DNA from: Trypanosoma brucei
Taxonomy: Eukaryota
Assembly (NCBI GenBank): GCA_000002445.1
Contig: CP000069.1
Span: 96,001-160,000, forward strand
DNA: 64,000 nt
Reading direction: 5' to 3'
Position numbers and translations under genes: made by a program. Of the stretch, positions 52,401-63,443 are shown piece after piece. The number at the start of each line of letters is the position of its first letter. Position 1 is the stretch's first letter. A model generated the notes under the pieces. That model did no database searches. It worked only from the letters and a program-made list of their open reading frames with translations, and had not been told where the DNA came from.

Positions 52401-54895
52401 AGACACTTTAACAGCAGTCGCAGTTTTCTTATATTGGAGTGAGTGAACGACATAGTGTGATAAGGAAGTAATCGACATGAAAAATATAAGAAGGAAACAG
52501 TCCTGACCTGTTTGCAGCAGTACTTGCTTCTGTTAACGCAGCTGTAGGTTTTTGATGGGAATGGTTTGTGTAAAAAACCTTTCTGTTTCTATGTTCATTG
52601 TCTATCCTCTACAATGTTGAATATTGCTATCTTCTTTTAGTTATTAGGTTCTAAGGTGGTAGTGAGTGGTAATATATGGATACACTGAATTGCTGGTACC
52701 TACTGGTTCGGTGCAGTATATACAGTCATACGTTTGTCACTAGTCCACCATCACGGTTGATACATTTTGCACAATAAAACAAAGAAACACATTGGCGTTG
52801 ATATGTTTGCTTGTTTATTCAAACTTTGCGAATATATTTAAGGCTTTGTATGTGCTTATCCCTTCCATATTTATCAGCTGCTATTGTTTTCCCCATCTGA
52901 CCATGAGTCCGTCGGATATATCACTAATTACTGTGAGTTGGCGCAATCAGTATTTCTCAGGGTTAGTTCCCTCACATCTGGCACCGTCTGTATGACACAT
53001 ATTTGTTTATCCGTGCGTTCACCCTCTTGACCATAATTTACACATGAAAAGAGTCCATTGAAGTACTCTTCGTGAGCCCTGTATTGATTTCTGTGCTGTC
53101 AGTGTATTTATGAAGTGTGATGACTTCATTGACAGTTCATTTTCTCTGCACTGTAATGAATGTGTGAGTCTTCTCTGATGTAACTCCGTTATAAGAAGCA
53201 ATTGCTCTCAAGAACATTACCTGACAATCTCACTCCATGCAGTGACTATTGTGTATCATTGCTGAATTTGGTTTAATTTCGTTCTCTCGTTAGAAATAAA
53301 CTCACAGGGAGGGAGAAGATAAATTAAAAGGTAAATTACACAGCTAAAATGGCGTTTCACTGGAACGATATGATTCACTAGCATTGAATATTATGTTTGG
53401 AAATAGGAAGGCAATCCATACGATAAGGGAGTATCCCTACACAAACACATTTCGCTGCAGCACACGGGGCTTCAAGCTATATCTTTTTCTTCTTGTGGTC
53501 AATCCACGCAATTGTGTGCAGCAGATGTGATCTTTCACCTCCAACACCGGAAGCGAATGCACATGATCTGTATGATTATGCGGTATCTAACTCATTTAAG
53601 GTTGGAGAAAATGGGAGACACTGCTACCTGTGTCGAACAGAATAGCAGGTGCCAGCACTATGGACAGCTCATGAAACTTTAAAGATAAAGAGACTTCAAT
53701 AGCCTACAATATATTGTGGTATACAAGATGCCAACGCTAATGCTTCACATTGTGTGCATGCCTGTACTCCACTGCAAGTGTGCGATGTGTCCAAGTGTTC
53801 TTGTCCCTCTGCTCAAGGGAACTGACGTTAAACATGTGAATAACCACTGATTATGTTTATTTCTTAGCGGTCATTGAGCCGATATTGTTATCTGTAGTTG
53901 TGTTCCATCCCTTCTTTGCCATTGTTGTTACCTTCTAAACAATAGCGCTATTTGTGTCACGGTAATGATAACAGCAATTTCGTAATTGCTGATTTAGTTT
54001 GTTTCTACTCATATACTATTCGATGTTAAGATAACATTGCGAGTAATGTGTTAGTGTCAAACACAGAAGCTACCAACCTATTCAAATATTCAAACGCAGA
54101 TACGTGTGTCCATCTGAAATAGTGTTTGTTCGTCATCTAAATGGAGCGCACACTCATTTGTTTTCGTTTATTTTTATTATTTCTTCGTTCATATCGTGTA
54201 CTATAGCGTAAGAGTGTGCACAAATGTGTCACCATTAGTTTGCTGACATTTCGCCCGTAATCCCTTCTTATGGCATAGGTGTCACATGTTTTATTCGCGT
54301 CTTTCACATTGTGAGCCCTTTTTAATTCACAAACGATGAATTGCACATCGGTGGAAAAGGCTGGTAAAGCGTGGTATATGTACAAATATTGTCCCATATT
54401 ACACGTAATAACAAATGATAAGTGAGCGCATGTCTTGTGACAATCATGTGGTGGCTGCTGCAGATGGGGAGCCAACAGCAGAGAATCAAATGAAAGCAAG
54501 TGTCCTCTACAAAATGGAGGACAGATGAAAAGGGTTATGTGGTTAAGGGGATTCAACAAAATAAACTAAAAGGGTCAACTATACATGAGCAAATGCAGCC
54601 ACACAAACACACATGGAGCAAGCGATAACTACATCAATGCCGGATCCATATTTCGTAATGAAATGTCAGTAGCAAAGAAAACAACGACACACATGAAATA
54701 CATATACGTGTTTGTGTGACACCATTACCTACCAGCGTGTCGGTTGTCCCTTTCTATCATTTGCTCGCAATTTACAGTGACATCATAAACGAGTCGCCTC
54801 TTGCTACCTTGACGTGCCTTCATTGCTTTTTAAGCATTGTTTTGGTTTTGTCGGGAACTTGTTATAGTATCCAACTGTCTGGAAGTGTAATCTTA

Positions 54896-54934
54896 CTGAT
54901 TTCTATTTTACCTCTTTTGATATTCTTCCTTAGG
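54896..54934 (+). promoter_or_regulatory. Polypyrimidine tract plus AG, candidate SL acceptor for copy 3
   Basis: ttctattttacctcttttgatattcttccttAGgacataag, about 45 nt upstream of the first ATG at 54979. Confidence 0.5.
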
Positions 54935-54978
54935 ACATAAGATTTCACACACGAAAAGTGTCACACATTACCGAAAAT

Positions 54979-57900
54979 ATGAGCTGGCAGGAAGGTGGTG
55001 GAAGAGGATGTGTGTACCCTCATGGAAACTGCAGGCGGAACCTTACCGCAAGGAGCCCTGCAAGGCGTTACAGCAAGTACAAGCACTCACCTGTCATTAC
55101 TGCTGTATCACTGCTACACTTGTTGCCTTTGCTACTCATGTGGATGCCACCTGTGTGCGCGGAAGCGAGTACTGTGACGGTAAATGTGCTATCCATGATG
55201 CATAATCCAGCTTATACCGAAGGTGAAATTAACGCCATTAATGCCGGCTTTGACGCATCACTGAGTGCCCACAGCCGGAAGACGGGCTCTAATGCGACAA
55301 TATCTGTCATCCGTCACCCATCACCCAATGCGACAGTTGAGGAGATATTTCAGCATGGAATGAAACAAAGTGAAGGGAAGTTATTAGTTGTATTCGGGCC
55401 CCTGGGTAGTGACCGTGTCGCAAATGTCCGTGATAAACTGAAGGAACATGATCTTGTTGCCCTCGCTCCCGTTGCGCACTCCAGTGAGGTCCGTGGTTGG
55501 AACCCTCACCTCTATTTCATAAGTGTCGAACCCAATGCTGAACTCCTCGCCCTCATTCGTTATGCTGTTGTTTACCTCCGTGTCCCACGAATAGGTATGA
55601 TGCACGTGAAGAGCAGCACCGCCAGTATGGGACCGTATGAGTTTACTGTGCAGATATTGGAAATGATGGGTCGCGAGCTGTGTGGAATGTTCGTTGTGAA
55701 GGATAGTGAGAATCAAAATATCTCTGAGGATGATTTGAACGTCAGGTGGAGACAATTTGTTGCTACGCGCCCACAGGCTATATTGCTGTTTTCATCCCTG
55801 GGTAATACAGCAAAGTGGTTCATCAAGAAGGTAGCACAGGACAACCGCACTGCCAATGCGTATCTTCTTTCTACTTCACTACAGCAAAATTTTTTGATCA
55901 AGATGTGGCGTGAGGCATTGGCGTTAGCTAATCGTACATTCACTCCTGGACAGCTAATCACAACTGGAACAGTGCCGCTCGCCAGCGACATTCGGTTCTC
56001 ACTGATTCAGCACTTCCAGCATGACATGGACATCTACCTCAGGACAAACAATGACTGGAAGGGCTTTGCGAAACCCGATCACTACCTTGAGGACGACGGT
56101 TTAGGTGAGATGATGGTGTATGGGTGGCTTGCGGGAGAAGTTCTCTTCGAAGCTCTGAATAACGCTCCACAGCTGACGAACCGTAAATCATTCAGGGAAT
56201 CTCTGTACAAGCAGCGTCGCTACGTGATTGATGACCTTGTGGTTGGTGACTTTGGTGGTGAGTGCAATGAGGCCGTTGCATTACAGGGTGCCATGTGTGA
56301 ATGCAATCAAGGTGGCAGTATGGTATATATGAAGAGTATAATGGATGGCTTCCGACCAGCGCCTTTGTGGGAAGGACATCTAACGTGGGGTGTATCAGAG
56401 TGCTCGAGTGCCAATGTACATGTGGGTGCGCCATTGAGTGGCCTCTTTTTGCTTCTCGCAGATAATGAAATTGCATTACGTGCGAGCAGGAAGTGGTTTC
56501 TTGGTGCCGAGGTTCATGGCAAGGAAGCGGAGAATATTGACAATAGAATATTTTTCCATCCCCTAACAGTATCTTCAGAGAATGTGACGCAATCCCTTGA
56601 GCAAGTACAGGACAACAGGGATGTATCTGCAGTATTTGGTATCATGCCTGGAGGGCTTCTGGATCGAAAAGATTTAGTGTTCATCAGTCCTATGACACTT
56701 CGACCCCGCATGAAATTGTTTAGGAGAAACGTAATACACTTACTGCCTGTCCTTGCGCAGCAACTTTATGTGCTTGCTGTGTATCTCTCCAACACTTCTT
56801 CCAGAGGAGTAAATGCACTCATACGTAGTGAGCAAGCAGGGGAGATCAGTAGCCTGCTGTACAAGTCATTGGACACGTTTGGTGTGCCGCTTGATTCCAG
56901 CAAGACACTTGGTGATGGTGACCCGATATCGTCATATCTCTCGGGTGATGGAGATGTGTTTACTATTGGACTCACTCTCACTGACGTTGCTGCAGTTGCG
57001 CGGCACCTTCAGGCACACCGCAGGGCACGTGTATTCATTCCATTCAATGACCTTGCAATGTACTACGATGAGTTTGTAGCTGCGTTTAATGCGAGTAAAG
57101 AGTCTATTGCTAGCTCAGAGCGGCTCCTATTCGCGACGAGTTTTCCACACTGGGCGGAGAAGGACACGAAATCAGATGTGGTTGCGAGTTTCCATCGCAT
57201 TGTGAATGAATCGCATTGGGATCCACTAACGTTCTTAGGTTTTGTTACCACTCGGCTGCTTCAAGTGATTCTCCCGAATATGAAGAAAGTGAATGCAGAG
57301 CTGCTGGCAGACCGCATTTACACGGAGTCCAACATCAAAGTGGATGACATGCGATTTGGACCCTTCAATGATGTGGAATGTGTTTCTGGTACGAGTGTTT
57401 CGGCAAATGAGTGTGCCTCAAACTTTGGAGCCACAAACATTTCTGTATGGTCGATGGCGCGTGTGCTGAATTCAAGTGTGCCCATATTGCAACGCGGCAT
57501 GACACCGTCTATGGGGTTTTCCATTGCAGGAGGGAGTCGTCTCACAGGGTCACAGATAGCCGGCATAGGTATCGGGTGTATAGCCGGCTTGATACCTTTT
57601 ATTGCCCTTGGTGTGCTCCTACGCATCACCCTGCGGAATGCTCGTGATAACAATCTTGCGCCCAAGGAGCCAACGGACCCTGTGACACTAATATTTACTG
57701 ACATTGAGAGCAGCACTGCGTTGTGGGCTGCACACCCTGAGCTGATGCCCGATGCCGTTGCGACACATCACTATTTGATTCGTTCACTGATTGCGAGGTA
57801 TAAGTGCTACGAAGTCAAAACTGTAGGGGATTCGTTCATGATAGCGAGTAAGAGTCCTTTCGCTGCCGTCCAACTCGCACAGGAATTACAGCTGTGTTTC

Positions 57901-58797
57901 TTGCAACATGACTGGGGAACAAATGCAGTTGATGATTCTTACCAGCAGTTTGAGCAGCAGCGTGCGGAGGAGGACGAGAAGTACACACCGCCAACTGCGC
58001 GGTTGGACCTTAAAGTGTACAGTCGTTTGTGGAATGGCCTGCGTGTACGTGTTGGAATCCACACCGGGTTGTGCGATATCCGACACGATGAAGTGACGAA
58101 GGGATATGACTACTATGGGCGGACTCCAAACATGGCAGCAAGGACAGAGAGTGTAGCAAATGGTGGTCAGGTGCTGATAACAGGCTCAACATACCTGTCA
58201 CTGTCAGCTGAGGAGCGTGAGCAAATTGATGTCACTGCACTTGGTGGTGTGCCGCTACGTGGTGTGCCCGATCCTGTGGAAATGTACCAGTTGAATGCCG
58301 TGCCTGGCCGCAACTTTGCTGCATTACGGCTGGAACGTGAAATCGAGGATGAAGAAGATGTTGGAACAGGTAGTAGCGCTAGTGAGTCGAGCTTTAATGA
58401 GTGTGGTTTAACTGCCACCGCCCAACAGGTTGCTGGTTGCATTGATGCTCTCATTGGCGCATTTCCAGTTATCCAGCGACAGAAGATGCTTGCAACATTT
58501 TGTGAGCGTTGGCATGTTAAGAAGCCCCCAGGGGTGGATGCTTGGAATGAAGCCAGTTGTCGCTGTGTTACCCGTCGGATTGCTGCAAAGGTGGGCCGTG
58601 TTATGGATTTTGGAACGAGGAGCTCCTCCAGCAGTGTGACATCATTGGAAAGGGGTGGAAGTCTCTTTTCACCTGGAGGAGCTACTGTTGCAACGGTTGC
58701 TTCATCTTCAAACTTTTCCTATGTTGAGGGGCGACGCTGCACTCTGCACTTGATTGACCTGGAAAGTGTTGAGAGTGCCAGCCAATATCCTTCATGA
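54979..58797 (+). CDS. GRESAG4: Receptor-type adenylate cyclase, full length (copy 3, 1272 aa from first ATG)
   Basis: The track ORF starts at a GTG at 54958, and the first ATG is at 54979 (MSWQEGGG...). Same domain layout as copies 1 and 2. It is a mosaic: some segments match copy 1 (LGNTAKWFIKKV) and others match copy 2 (MMHNPAYTEGEIN, ITGSTYLS, C-terminal SASQYPS). The catalytic motifs are intact. Confidence 0.9.
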   Translation: MSWQEGGGRGCVYPHGNCRRNLTARSPARRYSKYKHSPVITAVSLLHLLPLLLMWMPPVCAEASTVTVNVLSMMHNPAYTEGEINAINAGFDASLSAHSRKTGSNATISVIRHPSPNATVEEIFQHGMKQSEGKLLVVFGPLGSDRVANVRDKLKEHDLVALAPVAHSSEVRGWNPHLYFISVEPNAELLALIRYAVVYLRVPRIGMMHVKSSTASMGPYEFTVQILEMMGRELCGMFVVKDSENQNISEDDLNVRWRQFVATRPQAILLFSSLGNTAKWFIKKVAQDNRTANAYLLSTSLQQNFLIKMWREALALANRTFTPGQLITTGTVPLASDIRFSLIQHFQHDMDIYLRTNNDWKGFAKPDHYLEDDGLGEMMVYGWLAGEVLFEALNNAPQLTNRKSFRESLYKQRRYVIDDLVVGDFGGECNEAVALQGAMCECNQGGSMVYMKSIMDGFRPAPLWEGHLTWGVSECSSANVHVGAPLSGLFLLLADNEIALRASRKWFLGAEVHGKEAENIDNRIFFHPLTVSSENVTQSLEQVQDNRDVSAVFGIMPGGLLDRKDLVFISPMTLRPRMKLFRRNVIHLLPVLAQQLYVLAVYLSNTSSRGVNALIRSEQAGEISSLLYKSLDTFGVPLDSSKTLGDGDPISSYLSGDGDVFTIGLTLTDVAAVARHLQAHRRARVFIPFNDLAMYYDEFVAAFNASKESIASSERLLFATSFPHWAEKDTKSDVVASFHRIVNESHWDPLTFLGFVTTRLLQVILPNMKKVNAELLADRIYTESNIKVDDMRFGPFNDVECVSGTSVSANECASNFGATNISVWSMARVLNSSVPILQRGMTPSMGFSIAGGSRLTGSQIAGIGIGCIAGLIPFIALGVLLRITLRNARDNNLAPKEPTDPVTLIFTDIESSTALWAAHPELMPDAVATHHYLIRSLIARYKCYEVKTVGDSFMIASKSPFAAVQLAQELQLCFLQHDWGTNAVDDSYQQFEQQRAEEDEKYTPPTARLDLKVYSRLWNGLRVRVGIHTGLCDIRHDEVTKGYDYYGRTPNMAARTESVANGGQVLITGSTYLSLSAEEREQIDVTALGGVPLRGVPDPVEMYQLNAVPGRNFAALRLEREIEDEEDVGTGSSASESSFNECGLTATAQQVAGCIDALIGAFPVIQRQKMLATFCERWHVKKPPGVDAWNEASCRCVTRRIAAKVGRVMDFGTRSSSSSVTSLERGGSLFSPGGATVATVASSSNFSYVEGRRCTLHLIDLESVESASQYPS

Positions 58798-59859
58798 CAT
58801 TGATGTATGTTTTGTTGTTGTAAATGGATAATAATGTTTATATAATTTAAATTATTTTTAGATTAGTCTTGTATAAGGCATTTTTAACTCTTTGCTCCCC
58901 AACTTTTTGCGCATGCAATATTTCCCTCATATGTTGGGTGTTTAAATATTTTTATGCACAGGGATGCATTTTATTTCTGAAATGGGCACACCATTTTTTG
59001 ATTGTAATATATGAAAGTCGTTAATTTTCTGTTTAACGTAGTGAGGGATGTGTGCATCCACGCCACCATTAATGCTTAAATTTTCGTAAATAATATCTTA
59101 TTTAAATTTAAATTGCCGTCCGTGTGGGCCGTTGTCAAGTGAGGCGCTCCACCTCTAATGTGTTGTTAGGAGCTGTGTCCCTGCATTTAAAAATGTGTTT
59201 GATAATAAGGTGATGCCCATGAAGCGGAGGCTATAGCGAAGTAAAAGTGACCTCCTGTGCTTATCCCTCGCGTCTACCCTAATCTTTTTTTTTCATTCGG
59301 AGATGCTGGCTTGTAAGAGGTATCTCTTAATCACCTTGCTGCATGTAACTATTTGCAATATCTGATACATGTGTATAACTTCCTTTATATTTCTCTATGG
59401 TTGCTGAAACTTTCCTCATATTCTCTCGCACACTCTCTTTTACTCCTAGACAGTCAAGGAATATGAAACTGAGCAATGTCTGCCGTGATGTTGTGAGTTA
59501 AAATTTACAGTTTGAGTGTTAACTGTGACTGTTAGTGTGCTGTGTTTTTGTTAATGGCAATCCAGTTTATGATACTGTAATGTTCTATCTACACATTTAC
59601 CCTTATGCCTAGTGATGTTATATTTTTTTGTATCGGATACATGAATGATATGTGGGTGTATGGGGGAATGTGTGTTGAACTACTTTCTCGCTGTTATGGT
59701 TTGTGTAATGTTATCCACTACAGTAGTTCCCTTTCCCACGCTCTTACATATACATATGCAGTCTATTAATCTTGTACCAATACTTTGTTATTATGCCCTT
59801 TTTGTCCTGTAGTTTGAAAGTTGAATTACGTTGAGTTACTAGTATCACGGTTACCTCCA

Positions 59860-62800
59860 TGCGTGAATTACATGCTAGAGATGGCGTAGTCACTTACGTA
59901 GTGTTTTTCTATGTTACTACAGCTGCTGGCTGAAGTATAGCTTGCAAATGGATTATTATGGGTAAGGGTATACAACATGTTATACAGTGACAAGATTTCA
60001 GCAAAGGTATTTGATCCTATTACTGCAGGCTTCAACGCATCTATTACCAACGGGAAGTCGCTTCCGTGTGTCAGTGTGGCAGTTGCATATGTTCCGTCTC
60101 TGGATGACTTTGGATACGCCATCTGTACAACCAATTACGGTGATGAGCTTGCTATTATACTGGAATCTGTGGGTGACAAAAATACTCTCAACTTAACCAA
60201 ATATTTCAATGAAAAGAATGTGTAGTTGATTTCTTACCTTTCACAGGATTCAGTAGGGTACACAGTTGGAATCCCAATTTATACCTCCTGGAAGCACCAC
60301 TCGCCGTTGAGATGCTTGCTCTTTTCCGTTATGCTATCACTCAGTTACGGTCACACCGACTGGATTTCATGTATTTGAAAGATGTTTCTTATGGTGATGA
60401 TGAGTATAAGCTTGCTGCGTAGTTGGCAACACGGATGAATCGCAAGTTGTTTAGTTGTTATTTTTTTTTTTTTTGCATTGAAGAGTCAACTTGATAAGGA
60501 ATCGGATAACAGGAGCTTCAGTGCGGAGTGTAATAAGGTTGCCGATACTGGACCTCAGGGAATGATTGTATTTGGTTCTCCAATCCCTGATATGAAGAGA
60601 TTCCCCATGAAATGATTATATGACCACAGGACAAGAGGCGAATATTTATTCATACACCCTCTGCACTCCAACACGCCATCAAGAACAAGTGGGCATATAA
60701 ATTGGGTAGAGACGAGTTTGTGGCTGCTAAGATAATAATAACTGGGGCTGACCTAATTACGAAGGGTGACACATACAAAGCTGTCAGGCGTTTCAGAGAT
60801 GATATGACTATGTTGTTAAAGGTTAATGGTAATAACTATAAGCGCACAAGGTGGGATATTAACGAAAATAACTTCACCGAGCAAGACGCTGAAGCTGAGC
60901 TGACATTGAACAGATGGGTTGCTGGAGAGGTATTGAAACAGGCACTGAGTTGTCACGAATAGCTAACTAGCAGGGGTGTATTTATGAAATCACTGTACAA
61001 TAAACGTCGTTATCCAATTGATAATATTGTGGTTGGTGACTTTGGTGGTGAGTGCCGTAATAAGGCGGGAGAGCGGGGTGTATCGTGTTTACGTAACCAA
61101 GGTGGGAGTGTGATGTGCATGAAGAAGGTGGAAAAGGATCTCCATCTACACCCTATGAAGGAAGCTATATTAACCCTTGGTTCATCTCGCTGTTATCGAG
61201 ACCTGCCACAGTTGTATGGCCCATTGAGTGGGGTCATGTTTAATATAACCGATGACCCAAAGGCACTGCGTACTGCATAGATGGTATACGATGGTGTCCC
61301 TCATGTTGTTGGCAAAGGTCAACTGGGTCTCTGATAGTTTCTTTTTACACTGACTATCCTCGAAATTTTACGAAGCTTCTGCAACTCTGTATAATGATGT
61401 TGAGAAACGAGTTGTAACTGCTGTGCTTGGTGTCGTGGATAATTCGTTACTACGGACGAAGGGTATGGCATTCATCGATCCTATAATACTCACATCACAA
61501 CCGAGTAACCCCAGAAGGAATGTGATCCACCTGTTACCAACAAATGAGCAGCAGTTATTTATGATAGTTGAGCATATTATACAAAATGGTGCAGGAAGGA
61601 TGCATTTCATTGTGTGTCGTGGTGGTGATACGAGAGGAATTAGGAATATGTTGCAAAAACACTTGACAACTTTAACACATCACTAAGCTTCTTTGTTGCG
61701 AGTGGTGAAGGTCCTATTTTGAGAGACAAGCTGTCAACTGCATGTGAGGTATTGGTTGTAGGTCTTATCCCATATAATATCCCCATAATCCTCTCTCACC
61801 CTAACAAACACCGTAATGCGCACGTCTTCGTCCTGTTCTTCGATGATGCACCAATCCACGGCGAACTCATGAATGCCTTCCATGAAGAGCCATTTTCTAG
61901 CCGCTTGCTATTCGCAACGAATCTGTCACATCGGAGGGATAAGATCACGGAGTCCAAAACAGTACGTGAGTTCCGCAAGATCGTGCAGAATGAGTCGAAG
62001 TGGAAGCCGTTGTCACTACTTGGGTCTGCCATCGCATACGCAATGGGAAGTGTCCTGCAATGTATGGGTCGTTTGGAGACAAGTGTACGAACGAAACTTG
62101 ACTTGAGGCGAAGCACTGTTGTCAACTGTGGTGCGATGCATATTTTTGTATGGTCGATGTCACATGTTCTAAACCCTTTTGTGTCCTCTGCGCTGTCGTC
62201 TGCCACACTGTCAGTGACCTATGATGAACCGAGATGGATCCAACAGATAACTGAGCAAATTGCCGCTATTGCAGTTATCTTCGTCGTAATCTTGGTGCCG
62301 CTTGTTACGGTTCTTGTGGTTGTTATATTAGCAACACACCGGAATGCTCGTGATAACAATCTTGCGCCCAAGGAACCAACTGACCCCGTGACACTAATAT
62401 TTACTGACATTGAGAGCAGCACTGCGTTGTGGGCTGCACACCCTGAACTGACGCCCGATGCCGTTGCAACACATCACTATTTGATTCGTTTACTGATTGG
62501 GAGGTATAAGTGCTACGAAGTCAAAACTGTAGGGGATTCGTTCATGATAGCGAGTAAGAGTCCTTTCGCTGCCGTCCAACTCGCACAGGAACTGCAGCTG
62601 CGTTTCTTGCATCATGACTGGGGAACAAATGCACTTGATGAGTCCTACCAGCAGTTTGAGCAGCAGCGTGCGGAGGAGGACGAGAAGTACACACCGCCAA
62701 CTGCGCGGTTGGACCCTAAAGTGTACAGTCGTTTGTGGAATGGCCTGCGTGTACGTGTTGGAATCCACACCGGGTTATGCGACATCCGACACGATGAAGT

Positions 62801-63443
62801 GACGAAGGGATATGACTACTATGGGCGGACCCCAAACATGGCAGCAAGGACGGAGAGTGTAGCAAATGGTGGTCAGGTGCTGATAACAGGCTCAACATAC
62901 CTGTCACTGTCGGCTGAGGAGCGTGAGCAAATTGATGTCACTGCACTTGGTGATGTTGCACTTCGTGGCGTGAATGATCATGTGGAAATGTACCAGTTGA
63001 ATGCCGTGCCTGGCCGCAACTTTGCTGCATTACGGCTGGATCGCGAACTCTTTGATGAAGACGAGGATGGCACGACAACCTCCACCAGCGACCACAGTTC
63101 TTCACGTGCCGAGCTGAGTGAATCAGCTTAGATATTGAACTCACTGCAGTCTGTTTTCCGAACTTTTAAAGCAGCGCAACGGGGGAATCTTCTGGCGTCG
63201 CTTTGTGAGCGTTGGCGTGTGCCTCTTCCCCGTGAAGCCGCATTCGAGTGGGATGACGCCTACTGTGAGGAAGTGGTGCGTCGCATTGCAGTTAAGGTTG
63301 GGCGTGTCGCTAACCGTAGCGCTCAAAGTGGAAGCAGTGAAGCTTCTGTGAGTACTGAAGAGGGCTCAATCATAATTGTTCCATTCGTTGGTTCACATTT
63401 CAGAGAAGGCCACTTTGGGTGTCCGCTTCCGTCGTTACACTAG
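59860..63443 (+). pseudogene. GRESAG4: Divergent receptor-type adenylate cyclase paralogue, disrupted (pseudogene copy E, inverted orientation)
   Basis: Collinear fragments lie in different frames (59977-60225, 60702-60962, 60984-61280, 61423-61686). A 470-codon open frame 61719-63131 covers the TM and catalytic domain and ends at a TAG after ...AELSESA. The C-terminal tail then continues in frame at 63135-63443. The catalytic motifs are intact (FTDIESST, TVGDSFM, GIHTG, NMAARTES). Confidence 0.8.

Noticed and set aside
54716-54940. 74-aa ORF (and its mirror copies 33858-34109, 45245-45526) immediately upstream of each full-length cyclase gene
   Set aside because: It lies on the coding strand but overlaps the polypyrimidine tract / SL-acceptor region and the presumed 5' UTR. 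It is hydrophobic low-complexity and is conserved only because the whole upstream region is part of the repeat unit.
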